Notes: generated by a model from the sequence alone, not told the origin. DNA of 64,000 bases from Styela clava (GCF_964204865.1 NC_135259.1:9734001-9798000); one strand, 5' to 3'. Positions 39,601 to 52,471 are shown, counted from the stretch's first letter. Numbers and translations are program-made.

Positions 39601-40710
39601 AAAAAGTTCAAAAGTCATGTCGTTGTTAACGAATCACGACGCCATATACAAACTTGATTTCGACCAAAAGAAATATTTTAGTTTAGACTAGATATCAGAT
39701 AGCTAAAGTAATCAAGGTAAACGCAGGTCACCTTGGAGCATATATTAAGTTTGAAGAAGCCTAACTTGAAAAATTTGTGTCTAAGAAGGATGGAACAAAA
39801 AACTAATTTTGTATGATGATAAATGTGTATATATTGTATATGTATTATCTATGATATTGCAGATAATCAACGGAAAGAATTTTTATTGAGTTATATATTT
39901 TTTTTAACACATTGGAATGCGAGGCTTTTCTAATATTTGAGTGCACCTCACAGAGATGTCCATGTTTGATATTCAGCTTGTGTTGCAATATTTTGGAGAC
40001 GTATACAAAATCTTATTACAATCCAGCCTATATGGACCAAAGTTATACTAAACTCCTAATCTTTATATAAACATGAACTCATATTCTTACATTTCTCGAG
40101 TTCAAAGACTCGTTCATATTCTGAGCAGTATACAACGGTTCAAAAGTGAAAACTTGATCTCACATTTTTCTAAATTACCGTTATTGTGGTAATATTAAAG
40201 ATATCAATCAAGCTAACATAAATCTGCTTACGAAATAATAGTATACGTCAAATTCCGTGCGTAGTTTCCTCTTTCATAGATGTCAATCCAAAATTCGACG
40301 TCACCTCGAGATATGAAAAGATCTTGATATGAAAGACCAGTACAGTCTGTCATATCGCCATCGTCTAAATTAAAGATATATTGCAATTTCGAATTTACAT
40401 GTAATGTTTTATAGATTTACTCCAAACAAAGTCAACACTCATCTATAACTTTATGGTAAAACTACGAGTTACCAGTGCTTATCAATTTGTTCTCAATAGC
40501 GACCAAACAATCCATTAATCAATGACGGATTATCAATGATGAACCCCAAACTCTGTTTTAAAAATAGATAACTGCAAACTCACAAAGTTTCTTCTTTAAG
40601 CAATCTTCCACGTCCACTTTACACATATCGCCTTTGTAGCTGCAATCAGTGATGGCGGTTGAAAATTTCAAGAAGAGGAGAACGAGCAGGGTCAGACTCT
40701 CTTTTTTCAT
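30661..40710 (-). CDS. Type I transmembrane cytokine-receptor-like protein, paralogue B (597 aa, 8 coding exons)
   Basis: Exons: 40710-40584, 40364-40232, 39573-39422, 37795-37672, 33779-33478, 32643-32477, 31761-31650, 31337-30661; total 1794 nt, open, same intron phases as paralogue A. Exons 1-5 and 7 have identical lengths (127,133,152,124,302,112). Third-position substitutions in exon 4 support the chosen frame. Confidence 0.85.
33940..36099. mobile_element. 2.16-kb non-autonomous hAT element in intron 4 of paralogue B
   Basis: TIR taggcttgcacgtaatt...aattacgtgcaagccta, subterminal cgtaat/attacg arrays, perfect 8-bp TSD GATGCAAT at 33932-33939 and 36100-36107. Absent from the equivalent intron of paralogue A. 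Confidence 0.92.
35555..35830. repeat. Three degenerate tandem units (about 77-105 bp) inside the hAT element
   Basis: Units start with gaagttgaaacc at about 35557, 35662 and 35738. Confidence 0.85.
38143..39328. mobile_element. Foldback-type DNA element with very long inverted arms, in intron 3 of paralogue B
   Basis: Termini aatagacctt...aaggtctatt. Arms pair over several hundred bp, e.g. atggggaatgtgatcaccag with ctggtgatcacattccccat, and ggcatgctgac with gtcagcatgcc. Absent from paralogue A. Confidence 0.85.
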
Positions 40711-42049
40711 ATCAACTAATTTATTAATCATCTTAGGTATAACAAGAAAATACTTTAATAATGCAAAATATAAATGTCATTACTGATGATACCTTTTTGG
40801 TTGCTATTTTGTTTTCAAGCAGCATTACACTAATTTGGGACAAGCACAGAATAATTGATATTTACAATACCTGGGAAATATTGCATACATTTTCCATGAT
40901 AATAAAAATGTAAGTGATAATGATACTAAGAATATGCATTTAATCAGCCCATTCCCAACAGTTACTTGGCTCGTACTTGGTAAAATTTAGAGTTGAACTT
41001 TCGTTACATATTTGTGATACGAAATATTACGATGTGTTTTTGTTTTGTCAATGGGCGTAGCGCCATCCACAAAACGCAGCTCAGCCGCAATCTGCTACAT
41101 TTCACGAATCACATTCATTCCCAAGAATCGCTCGAGTTCAATTCTTTTCGTCCAATATATGACATATATAATTATATAATCGCTTGAAAATCTGAACTTT
41201 TAAACAGCTATAAACGGCTTGTAAGTTTATTGTTGATGGTTTCTGGAATAAGAACCGTGATGATATAATCTACTGGGTAAGGCCTTAAAACCACGTATAC
41301 TGTAAAAATAACAATAGAAAATCTGACAAGACGTCAGATTTAAAGATTGACAAAAACAATGATAAACTAACTTCACCACTGCCATCAATTTTCAGACGGA
41401 AAAAAATTTGCCGTATACACAGCAAAGTACTATTACATGCTATGGGGAACCGCATATTTGAAGAGAATTAACAACAATGGAAATATCTGGTAATCCCTCG
41501 GAATAAGAATTAACATCAACCACTTTACCACTAATGGTAGATCTTATCACAATAAAAACATATAAATAGATATCAATGAAGACCAGAATATCCCAAGTTA
41601 TTTTTTTAAATAAAGTTCGCTAAACAACAAGCGAACAGAAAAAAATCGTTGCCAAATATGGCGACAACGACAATTTTTTTTTAAACATTAATAAATAAAG
41701 ACGATAGTGTATTTTATTAGAAAGAGGAAAAAGATGATTGTGCTTCATTTGTGTTTTAAAATAATTTTAATTCAAAATTGTAAATTAAATTTGTTATATA
41801 TACATTAAATATTTTGTAGTTACACTCGTGATGAAAAACTTGGTAGGAAATTCAGATAACGCAAATCAACCTTGTGGGAGGGTGTTTTGCAATCCGACCT
41901 ATCCCATATTTTCATTGAGAAGAATCATTAGTTACATCAATTGATGTTCCATCAAACGCTGTCTTTATCAATATATCATTTATTTCTAATATAATGAACT
42001 CTTTCAATAAATAAATATATATAAGTGTTTATTCATCCTAAAATCATTA

Positions 42050-42960
42050 ATCAACAATCAAACATAAAACACAATAAAAACTCTCATCACTCAAACAACA
42101 GACTAATAGGGGAATTAATAGGAGGCCAGAAGAACCATGCGATAAGTGAATCAAAGCAATTCTACATTGTATATTTATAACAAATATAAATCATGTTGAT
42201 TTATTGTTGGTAATTATCATGAATCAATAATACTGTGAGATACACATACGACAAAATTTAAAATAACCGGAGCAAGCAAAAACGTTTTATTTTATTTTAG
42301 ACATGTGTAAAGTTATATCAATATTTATTTAGAAGATATTGGGAATTTAAAAACTGGAAATTTTTATTGAGTATGTCATTTACATTTATTGTCAATAAAT
42401 ATTTCAAGATACTTCATGTATTACATTTCAGCTAGAATTTCACCACCAATGGAAAGACTTGCTTACATTTTTTATGGAAGAGCTTAAAGTCGATTTAGAA
42501 TAACTTTATTTGCAACAATTCATTTGCTCTCATCCAATCATTCAATTTTGTGATTCTATCATTCATAACAATTTGAAGAGTATTAGCAATCTGGTGGATT
42601 TTAGCAATACGAGTGTCGTCAGCAAACATTGTTGTGTCACTGTTGGTAGCATTTTTCAATCATTCAAAAAAAATTATAAAAAGTAAAAGGCTCAGTATTG
42701 AACCCCGGGGAACTTCGCAAGATATTGTGAATTTTTTGAATTCAGTTAGACGTATATACTGACTTTGCTGAAACATATATTTTGGAAAGTGATGGAAGTA
42801 TTGAAATAGAACAATAGTTTGACAAATGTCACTTTGTGGAGCTGGCAGTTTAAAAATTGATAAAATCTTCATTTTTATACACAAATAAAATAGTCTTGCT
42901 AAATAAGGAGATATAATAACAGATGAAAATTTGATATTTTTTTGGAATAGTATGAATACC
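42050..42960 (-). mobile_element. Old 5'-truncated LINE reverse transcriptase remnant
   Basis: EVPRGSILSLLLFIIF (degenerate GVPQGSILGPLLF) at about 42670-42720 and MFADDTRI at about 42607-42630 on the minus strand. Boundaries approximate. Confidence 0.75.
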
Positions 42961-45299
42961 AATAGCTTTGCCGCAACAAAGGGTAGTTTCCAAACAGTGG
43001 CGACATGTAGCCTGCAGCATTCATGAGACCCTGTCCTAACTAATCACTGATTTTGGAATACTCAGTCATTGTTCTTAATTGATTCAACTATCCCAAAAGC
43101 AAATGTAAAATATAATTGAATATAGGATTTAACATTTCTGCGTAGTCACACTTAACATTTATGAAGAGCTTTCTCTTAGGATCTTTAAATGTTTCCATGA
43201 ACTGGATGGACTGAAACATCATTGTCAATATATTATTTCCGTTGGAGGTTTTCGATATATCAACAACTTGAAATAACAATGAATAATTTTTTATGTTTCA
43301 ATTTCAATATTTTACGTTTTACAGATACGAATTTTCGACAGTTGCTATTTCAGGTTCCGTATATTTAGCAAAACGTTTATCGGGCAGAGAGAGTATTAAT
43401 TGGTACCACTCCATTTCAACACTTTCTCCACTCCTAAAACAATTATATATAAAATGCGCTTCATTCACTCCAAAATCTGAACTTAGGAAATTAAATACAC
43501 TAAAGCGTCCTAACGTGCTCTGAAGTATGAAATTAGTTTCATGATTTAACATTTTTTCAAATTTTTGCAAAGTCGAGTTAAATCCCGAAGGACAGAATTA
43601 TGAAAATTTTAGCTTATGCTCTATATATATAGATATTGGAATATCTGATAAGCAAAAGTATACAATGTCCACTCACAACGAGAACACACGCCCTATAATA
43701 GTAGGCAGTTCTTTCGTTCTGCCTCGCACTGCACAGGTATTAAAATGTTGTGTTCTTTTCTATTTGTTCTTATTTTCCGCGCAGATCTTTTGTTGGAGCT
43801 CCCATGGCATTCTATTCCCCGCAACTAAGCAAGCTCTTAGAGGAAACGTTGGTGTACACTGTACAGTATCAAGGTCATATGACAAAAATCGCAAAGAATC
43901 GAATTTTTTACCAAAACGACGAAATTAGAATAATAAAATTGTATTTTTAGTAAGATATCCGAACACTGTCTCATTGTTTTTCTCGGAATTAGAATTTGAG
44001 ATAATGGGCATTTCATTGACCTGGTGGGTAAAGTCGAGTTTTGAAAAATAACTAGAGCAGAATCTACTTGCTTCTCTGTATCACTGATCTGTTATCATCT
44101 TTTTTCAAATCATAAAAGGGTTTGCACATGATAAAGGGAATAACCTGTTCAAACAATCGGTATCTAAACTTAGGACTTGTATATATGAACGTTTATATAG
44201 TTTCGTTCAAACGTTCTGATTGTTAATCTATATTACCAGGATATGAGGGCCAAATTTAAATGTCTAGAATAGAGTAATGCTGTATCTAACAAGGATTTCT
44301 GTCGAAATCTGGAATCGATTTCAGCCACGATTTCATAAGAGGCAAGGCAAAGAATTACTCAAAAGCCGGAAGGCCTTGCCGTTGCGGGTATGCCAATTGA
44401 GCCTGCAATTTGGCTAATTTAATCAACATACGCTTTATAAACCAACGCCTACAATCGCTACATCGAACGCCTCTGAATGTTACATGATATCGCATACTGC
44501 ATCACACTTCGGAATAGTTTATCGTTTATCACGACTTCAATTCTAATCACATTCGACTACCATTGTTCCAGAGTTTTGTAATTTTCTATTGCAGGTTTAG
44601 AGGAATAAAGGAAACATAAATTCATATAGTGATGAAACTTTTGAAATTATTGAACGCTAAACGCGGATCGTTTTACTTGATTACTGTTTTTGTTCATGTG
44701 ATATTTGCCGTTGGGAACAGATCACTTTTCTCCGAAATTAATGAACCAATCGTTTCAAATTTCCAGGTGCTTGAAGATGGAAAAAGCCGCAAGGAAGCTT
44801 AAACTTCTATTGTGCCACCACGTGACATTACGTCAGATCAGTCCGACATCTTACAAATAAAACTGGTTCTCACCTCACGGTCTAACATGTACCTACCATT
44901 TATTCGAAATAATAATGCGAAAATGCCCTGATGATATATAAATATAATTCAATATTGCACACAACACCAGCTATCTCACTCGAACATCAGGTATACGAAT
45001 ATATTCGAATTTAGTAATGGGCTCAAGACTATGTATTCAAAAAACTAATATATATGTATAGCCTACACAAAATTTTTATTGTTCAAATCTGTACTTGATA
45101 GTGTTGTACTTGATGATAAACTTCCAAGTAAATACGTAGCTATAGAAAACAAAAATATCGATCCCAACCCGTCATCACAATTTGGCATTGGGAGTTTTTA
45201 CACAGGCAATTTTAGCGACGAATCAATCAATACTAATTAGCGTATCCTACACGTTTCATATTTCCGGAAATAGGATCGGAAGAATCTCGCCGATGCGGC

Positions 45300-45680
45300 A
45301 ACGCGGGCCTTATGGTATACAATCGACACGCTATTCTATGAAATACATCACGTTACCTTTTCGATTCGTTACGATTCGTTTTTTCCGCAAACAAAGTTAC
45401 AGAAGAGATGATGTCTTAGTGTGTTTCTAGTAAGCTTTCTGCTACGACGACTTAGCTGTCAGATATTCCACCGTCATCTGTGTCACTTACAAAGGCATGT
45501 ATTATAAAGCAAAGATTCTCTAAATACCGAGCATAAACATAACATATCGTTATAAAATACCCATTTCACAGAATGAACAATCTACTAATACACATTGCAT
45601 TTAATATCAGCATCTAAAATACGCACTTCGATCTAATTGACCCATAAATTTAATATCTGTTTAGCCCGCAGGCAATTCAG
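45300..45680 (+). repeat. Partial copy of the 23145-24030 repeat, at the matching position upstream of paralogue B
   Basis: aaaatacgcacttcgatctaattgacccataaatttaatatctgtttagcccgcag identical to about 23550-23606. Confidence 0.85.
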
Positions 45681-48573
45681 AGAATTTAGAGTTCCGAATT
45701 AAGCGTTATTCAAAATATGGAATTTTAGTGCATTCAGAAGATTTCGGAGTATGTATAGATTCATAATGCTCTAACATTTTGCTATTTCTGTTAAAGATGA
45801 ATTCGTTAATTCACAAGAGTTATCATTAACATGTTGCAACGATATAAGAATTAAAAGTATTTCACAACTTAATAAGATGTTCAGCCTATATCATAAATGT
45901 ACCAGACTTCATTGTGGTGGTCTCTCAATACCAGAGCTGCCAAACAAAATTGAAGATATGGTATTATGCTTCTGAACTGCAGAAATTAGGACACATTTGA
46001 CTTGAAAACTGATACTTAGCCTACTTACAAAGATTTGAATTTTAATATGCTTAACAACCATAAAGTGTAAAATCAATATCTTAAGCATAAATTTACTCGT
46101 TACATTACAAATAAAATTCAAAATTTATTAATTCTTCCTGAACTAGAATTTTTTTTATATTTTCCACAATTGGATTTCCATAAGTTGCCTCATATGTAAA
46201 TTTATTCTGACTTCGACCTAATTGCAACCTAATTCGACTTTCTTAAATACCCGTAATTCTCAATTCGTCCTCATGTGCAGTAACGGTACTCATATTCTTC
46301 ACGTGCTTTAGTCGACGAACCTGTTATCCTTTGGTGTAATGCAATACACTGTCAAAAACGTCGGTTATAATATTTTTAATGTAACTTGAAACATTATCCA
46401 GAAGGCACAAGTTGATGGTGACATGATAAACCTAATGCTTATACTTGCATACAGCTGCTATTTTCCTGTTTGTGTACTCAGTTTACATTTCATTATTATA
46501 ATGACGAAGTCATAAATAGATATTATGATGTATGCTGTAATGCTTGCGTCAAAGTGATTAATGAAAATCAAGGGAAAAAGGAAGCCTACTTCTTTACAAC
46601 TGTGTATTATCTTTTATATATCACAAACATCTCAAAAGTTTTTTAAATAGATTCATCAACAAAGCCAGAAGTATTCTTAGCTTGACTGTAACACCGAGCG
46701 AAAACTGAGAAGAATTGATATTTCTGAATCCCCACTTAGAGGTTTTTACATATTACTTGATTTTTAACAGCACGCCGTGAACGACCCGTAAAGTCATGGA
46801 AACAGATTCGTAGTCCTATCGTACAAAGTCTTCTCTTTATTCATAGTTCTTTATCAATACGACTCCTGCACGTAGGGATTTGTTCAAAAAGAATTGTTTT
46901 AAAACAATTGTTTTAAATCAAGTTTTTTTTTGCCTGTTTTGTTCAAAATGACTGTACTATTTGATTTTTTTGTATTAAATGGGTTGAAGAAAAATGGACG
47001 TAAAAACTCGCCAAGCGCTTCATATTTGCAATAAATCTTACAAAACGCCACAAATATCGATAGAGACCCATGTACACCTTCTCAAGCTGTAGTTCAGGGG
47101 TTGGCGCAGTAAGACGCAAACCAATAAGCCATTACGCGAACGACCCTGCTGCGATGAAACCAACTTGCGAAAATTGGAATGCGATCGAATAAATGAGTTT
47201 GTATAACCTTGAAAAACTCTATCACTTAAACCTTAAAAACAAAGCATGCTAAGCATAAATTAACCGAACAGTATTAACCGTAATAATGCCTTCATTTTAT
47301 GAGGAAAATGTCAATACATGAACTCGAAATCTATATTATGGCGTCATAACAGATTAGTTATGGCGTCTTTGCAGCAGAGGACTCCTACAATTAGCATAGG
47401 CTAGGCCAGGATGTCTCGTCGTTTTGTATCAGTAGATTACCGCCGATAGAAGCATATTCTTCATTATCGCAACCCACTCGTTTTGCCGAAGGGCTGCACT
47501 TGATCTAATTGCTTTTGTAGTGGGCTAGTGAGCTAATTTTCATGATTATTCTTACTCAAAACGTCTCTCTGATATCTCGGCTAAACATTCCGGGTATAAT
47601 CTTATGACTTTGGTGGAGATACAAACGTGGCGATAAATGCACGCAATAGAAGTAAAAGTCAAATTAAAAAATGTTACGTACGTTTTTGAAATTATAATTC
47701 CGGCTGCGTGTGCAACTGCCAGAATGCAACGTTTTGGCGTAGTTTCGCGGCGATGCAAGGGGTATTTCAATAAAATAAAATACAGAAAACATTTAATTTA
47801 AAACAAGCCCTCGTTTTAAAACACCATGTTTTTTTTAGAATTGATAAAAATAAAAAAAAACTACCTGCACGGCAATTCAGAAAAAAACTAATCGAAATGA
47901 AAAATACATAGCTTACGGCAGCGTTTGCAAACCTATCACCGCAACTCAAAGGTCGCCTGAAAATACTCTTGGGTCGCTTGTTTTTTCAATGAAATCCTAA
48001 AAGTTGGTAATTTTAATTTTTTTTAATAATTTTTTTTGACATTGAAGCGTTGATAAATATATGTGGGAAGCACCACGGCGTAATACTAATCTATTTTGCT
48101 AATTTGAAGCCATGCCACTATTTTGAAAACGAGCGCAAATTTCTCACGATGAGATAAAATATGATTGTTATACGAAAATGATTGACTGTAATCTATTTAA
48201 CTTTGGCGGTCATAAAAGCAGTACATGACATTTAGTATTTTCTTGGGTCGCGGGGTTTTACAAAATTTATTTTCCAAAAAATGGGGTCGCTTAGAAAAAA
48301 TTGGAAACCACTAACCTACGGAGAATAAAAGGCATAGTTAATATTTCCACTCCCAGTAACCGCAATATTATATTTAACATTTCGATTGTTCGTGAAACAA
48401 ATTTCATCTTTGGATAATTCGAATCATGATAAAATTTAAATATTTTATAGCCTATTTAAATTAGGGCAAAATGTGAACATATATCGAAGAATAATTCTTT
48501 GCTATAACATGGAAAGAGTTACCGGCAGATGAATAGGATTTTATTTTTCTCTGTGAAGAATTACCGTTTTTTC

Positions 48574-48660
48574 CAGCGTTTCTCAAACTGTGTGCCTCGG
48601 CACAGTAGTGTGCCGCGAGAGATTCTCAGGTGTGCCGCGGAGTTTTTTGAAATTTTAGAA
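48574..48660 (+). mobile_element. One end of a hAT/Charlie-like element, other end not found
   Basis: cagcgtttctcaaactgtgtgcc...gtgtgccgcg terminal motif. Confidence 0.5.
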
Positions 48661-49039
48661 TTTGGAATAAGCTATTCGTATTGCACATAAGCATGCATGC
48701 AACGGGCAGTCTGTGAGACTTGGAGTACGCATTATTTATTATTACACTGATAATATTATAGCATTTACCTTGTCGTTATAGTAAGGGTAATTGTTACGTT
48801 TTAACTATATTGTTATGTCATAATGTATTTGTAAGCAGACGCCCACCTTCCACCACGTTGACTTGCGCGGTTAGTTTGCAAACAGAAAACCAAGTTTGGA
48901 CGGGTTCTGACCATCTGCGTACAAATTTTATTCAATCATCGGTGCCAAAGTCATCAAAATAATCTAGTCATTTGCATTCCCATGGCACTGTAAACACGGA
49001 TTTTCTGCTCTGCAGAAAACACATCGCATTAACATTTAA

Positions 49040-49295
49040 ACTAGAATTCGGTTGGAAACCGAAGACTTATTGGTCGAAGGTTCGGGGATCCCCCAAAACA
49101 GTGGTCTTACTCCATAGTGACACCGTGTGTCCCATCACTAATTAATTAATAACTCGCTAATTATACGACATAATCCATCCAAAATCTGGAGCAGATTGAA
49201 CCTCGCTTTCGTGAGATATCGGGTGCATCTAACACACAGACATACAGACAGACAAAAACCTATCAACATACTCACCGATCAAGATCGATAAGTAA
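49040..49295 (+). mobile_element. Short interspersed element with (acag)n tract, possibly Helentron/DINE-like
   Basis: Similar to 24325-24565; contains acacacagacatacagacagac microsatellite near its end. Confidence 0.55.
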
Positions 49296-49945
49296 TAACG
49301 AGTATAGTTAAACTTGACGAAGTGTGCAACAAAATCCGTGGTTTTTATACGAACAAAAACTATTCTTATCACAGGTCTCTTGGTCTCCCTTAAAGTCAAA
49401 ACTACATTGAATTATAGTGAAAAGGACTGCTTCTTCGTCTAATTATAATACATTGTTCTCCACTGTCCATAGTGTTCAACCCGAGGGTACATGTCCTCAG
49501 ATTCCTCACATATGTTCTGGATCAGTTCTATTATTGAACACGTTTAGTGGCCATAACGATCGTTTCAAAATTTTGTTGTTATTGTTATTGTCTTTCGTCA
49601 TTATCATTAAAAAATCGCTTTTCTCTTCGAATACTGGACCAATTGCTTTGGAATTTTCAGTGGTTCAAGATTGATTTTTTCGCCAGAAGGCTATAACTTT
49701 CATTTATTTTTGAATTTTCTATGAATTTTATGAGATCTAATATTTCATCCAAAATTGCGCTGTATTAATTTTTAATTATGGGAACACGGTTTTCAATCCG
49801 CCAAGCGTGACGGCTGACTGTGAAAATTCTTGCGACTGAAAACCCGGAACTTTTTGAGGGTACGGTACCGGTAACGTCAAAGGTAAACCCTGCTTCGCTC
49901 TAGTCTACGTGTCCATATATTTGAGCGTTGCTCTCTTGTTTCAAT

Positions 49946-50053
49946 GGCGCTCCCGAAGTATGTGCACCAAGATGGCGCACAACCTGAAGCCTAACTTGGT
50001 ACACATTCTATGTTTGGGTTGTGCGCCATCTTGGTGCACAGACTTCTGGAGCT
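49946..50053. mobile_element. About 110-bp palindromic MITE
   Basis: gctcccgaagtatgtgcaccaagatggcgcacaacc paired with ggttgtgcgccatcttggtgcacagacttctggagc; related copy at 53741-53853. Confidence 0.82.
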
Positions 50054-50282
50054 CGATTTTAACTGCGTAAACATAATTTTTATAGAAAGTATATAGGTGC
50101 GAGTTTTTAATTATGCTGGAAGGAAACGTCATTAAATAATATATTCAAATTGAAACATGGTAAATATTATTCCAATCAGAATACATACACACCGCGCTTG
50201 GTACCACTGGCCGCCAGCCTGACACAATGCCGTTTTGTTAACTGTTCATGTCGGATCGCTATAATAGTCTGGCGTATATATA

Positions 50283-50540
50283 TATTGCACCCGAGACATT
50301 TGTGCCCGTATACTTTTGCTTCCACAGATTTTAGCACCCGCATAATATTGTACCCGATAGACACCCATGGACATTTGCACCCACGTGCAGTTTCATTCAC
50401 GTTTGGCATTTGCACGTATGGGTATTTTACGCACGTACATTTGCACTGATGGAATTTCGCACGCAAATACGTTTTCGCTCAGCATGGACATCTGTAACCG
50501 TGGATATTTGCACCCACGGTACGCATCATTGTGCGCCCCA
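50283..50540. repeat. Degenerate array of about 20-bp units with core tttgcaccc
   Basis: Recurring (t)ttgcaccc, ttgtgccc, tagcaccc, ttgtaccc, ttgcacgt at roughly regular spacing. Confidence 0.65.
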
Positions 50541-51190
50541 AAACTAATCCAGTCGAACCATGACCTAAAAAAAATGCAATTTTGTGAAATTACCGTGGCT
50601 GAAATTTTCAACTGCCTATATGTCTTTGACTTGGGCTGGTACAAAAAGCTTGGATAGTGACAGTTTGTATATACAGTATACTAGTTTCTGCTCTGTTTGA
50701 ATCTGCTATTTCTTCCTGTATAATAAAGTCCTTTTCCTACAGTTTTTAACAATGTGGCGTATAGGTACTTGGCAGCGGGCAATAATTTTTCTGAGCATAT
50801 TGTTAGTGAAGAGTATAAATATTGGCGAATATTTTCCACTGTATGCCAAAACTAATGTAATCGAATATCAACAGATATCACAATAGTTTGAAGGTTTTTA
50901 TTGATCGTGGAAATATTATCGGAACATAAATGTTATGTAGTTATAATATTATCGGAAGATGGATATATATGCTGTTATTTGTTCCATAATACGCGAGAAT
51001 GTAATCGTGTAAATTGAGAAACTTAAAAGTAAATTAAATATAATAAATAATTTATTGGACAGATTAACAAAAATCACGTTATAATTTGAGCTGGAACAAA
51101 TTCTGCAACTGCTCCGTACTATCGTTTCTTCCCAGCTACTTCACGATCAAAATGCATAGATCAGGCATTCCATAAATTAAATAAATTTCA

Positions 51191-52471
51191 TCAAAGTTTT
51201 GCGCGACTGTAAAAAACTTCGTTAAGATACTTTAAGATTTCTTTCCATGACGATAGCTGTGCTTCAGCATGCTGCTTTGAATTCCCACCCCATCTCTGAG
51301 GTAGATTGATTAGCTTTGCATGCGTAAGTGGTGCGTGTGGACTGTATGGAGGTTCCAATAAATGACCGGCTCCAGGGTGAGTGATTATTTTACACTCACA
51401 CGTTTTCTCTTTGGACAAAAGGTGGTGCAAGACTCGTTGCATGAGCTCAGTATTGATAGCTTTATCGGCTTCGGAATAAAAAAATAAAAAAGAACTTTTC
51501 GATTTATGAAACTCTATCTCTGCGTCCCCAAGATTGTTTTCATCAACAGAATCCAGACAAGAACCAAAAACGACCCCATTATTTTCAACGTACATACGAT
51601 TCATATCATTATCAACTCCTGGCCACGACCTCCCTTTGTATGTAAAAGTTGCATACTGGACAAAAGAAGGACCATTTATAACAACTGCACACTTGAAGCC
51701 TTCAACATACGACGCTAAAGTCATTGCAATTGTGCCACCAACAGACACTCCGATCACGCCAATGTCACCTTTCGCAGCAGAATGGTGTTCTTTTAAATAG
51801 TCTTTTGCTTCTTCAAAGTATTCTAGATCAAGGTCCACTGCGGATAAAGGTAAATCATCATGAGCAAAATAAGCCAATGCAAAAGATAGATACCCATGTG
51901 AAGCGAGCAATGATGCCCTGAATTCCATCAGGCCGCCAGCTGTACCAAATAAATCGATGACCGCCGGAAATGGTCCTTTTCCGGGCGGTATGAATATTGT
52001 ACCTCTAAGTCTGCCATTCCTAACCGGCTGTCTCTTAACACCAGGCGCTATGTACGACCGATATACTGTCGTCGAAGATAAGGGAACACAGCGATTTATT
52101 AGTTCTGGTACCAGATGTAAATCATAGACGTCTATGTGAAATTCTAACGATTTTTCAACATCAACTTTTGGTGACATTCTACTGTGAGCTCTGTCATTGT
52201 TTGGTGACGGAATCATGCTAGTAAACAGCCCCATAGGTTGGACGCCTGTGTATAAACCGCCGGTGGCAGACTGCCTTCGTAAGTCAACGATTCCATTGTT
52301 ATCGCTTGTATAATAAACATAACTCTCAAATATATCAGTCTTGTCTCCATTTACCCAAGACCTTATAGTTATATTCTGATTTGCTTTCAATCCACCGACT
52401 AAAATGCGAACTTCTTTGTCGATCAGAACGTGTACCGGAGAAACGCTTACAGTAGGGCCATGTCGCTCCAT
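51191..52471 (-). CDS. Acyl-CoA thioesterase 1-6 / bile acid-CoA:amino acid N-acyltransferase family protein, peroxisomal, intronless CDS, 426 aa
   Basis: GGLYTGVQPMGLF, GRLRGTIFIPPGKGPFPAVIDLFGTAGGLMEFRASLLASHGY, nucleophile motif GVSVGG (Ser), Asp in SEAD, His in GAGHLLEPPY, C-terminal PTS1 AKL. ACOT/BAAT/ACNAT orthology not resolved. Confidence 0.95.
   Translation of the reverse strand: MERHGPTVSVSPVHVLIDKEVRILVGGLKANQNITIRSWVNGDKTDIFESYVYYTSDNNGIVDLRRQSATGGLYTGVQPMGLFTSMIPSPNNDRAHSRMSPKVDVEKSLEFHIDVYDLHLVPELINRCVPLSSTTVYRSYIAPGVKRQPVRNGRLRGTIFIPPGKGPFPAVIDLFGTAGGLMEFRASLLASHGYLSFALAYFAHDDLPLSAVDLDLEYFEEAKDYLKEHHSAAKGDIGVIGVSVGGTIAMTLASYVEGFKCAVVINGPSFVQYATFTYKGRSWPGVDNDMNRMYVENNGVVFGSCLDSVDENNLGDAEIEFHKSKSSFLFFYSEADKAINTELMQRVLHHLLSKEKTCECKIITHPGAGHLLEPPYSPHAPLTHAKLINLPQRWGGNSKQHAEAQLSSWKEILKYLNEVFYSRAKL

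Noticed and set aside
16435-40160. ISRE/IRF-like GAAA-N-GAAA motifs (e.g. about 16439, 32187, 40142)
   Set aside because: Expected by chance in AT-rich DNA, intronic, and not seen at equivalent positions in both paralogues.
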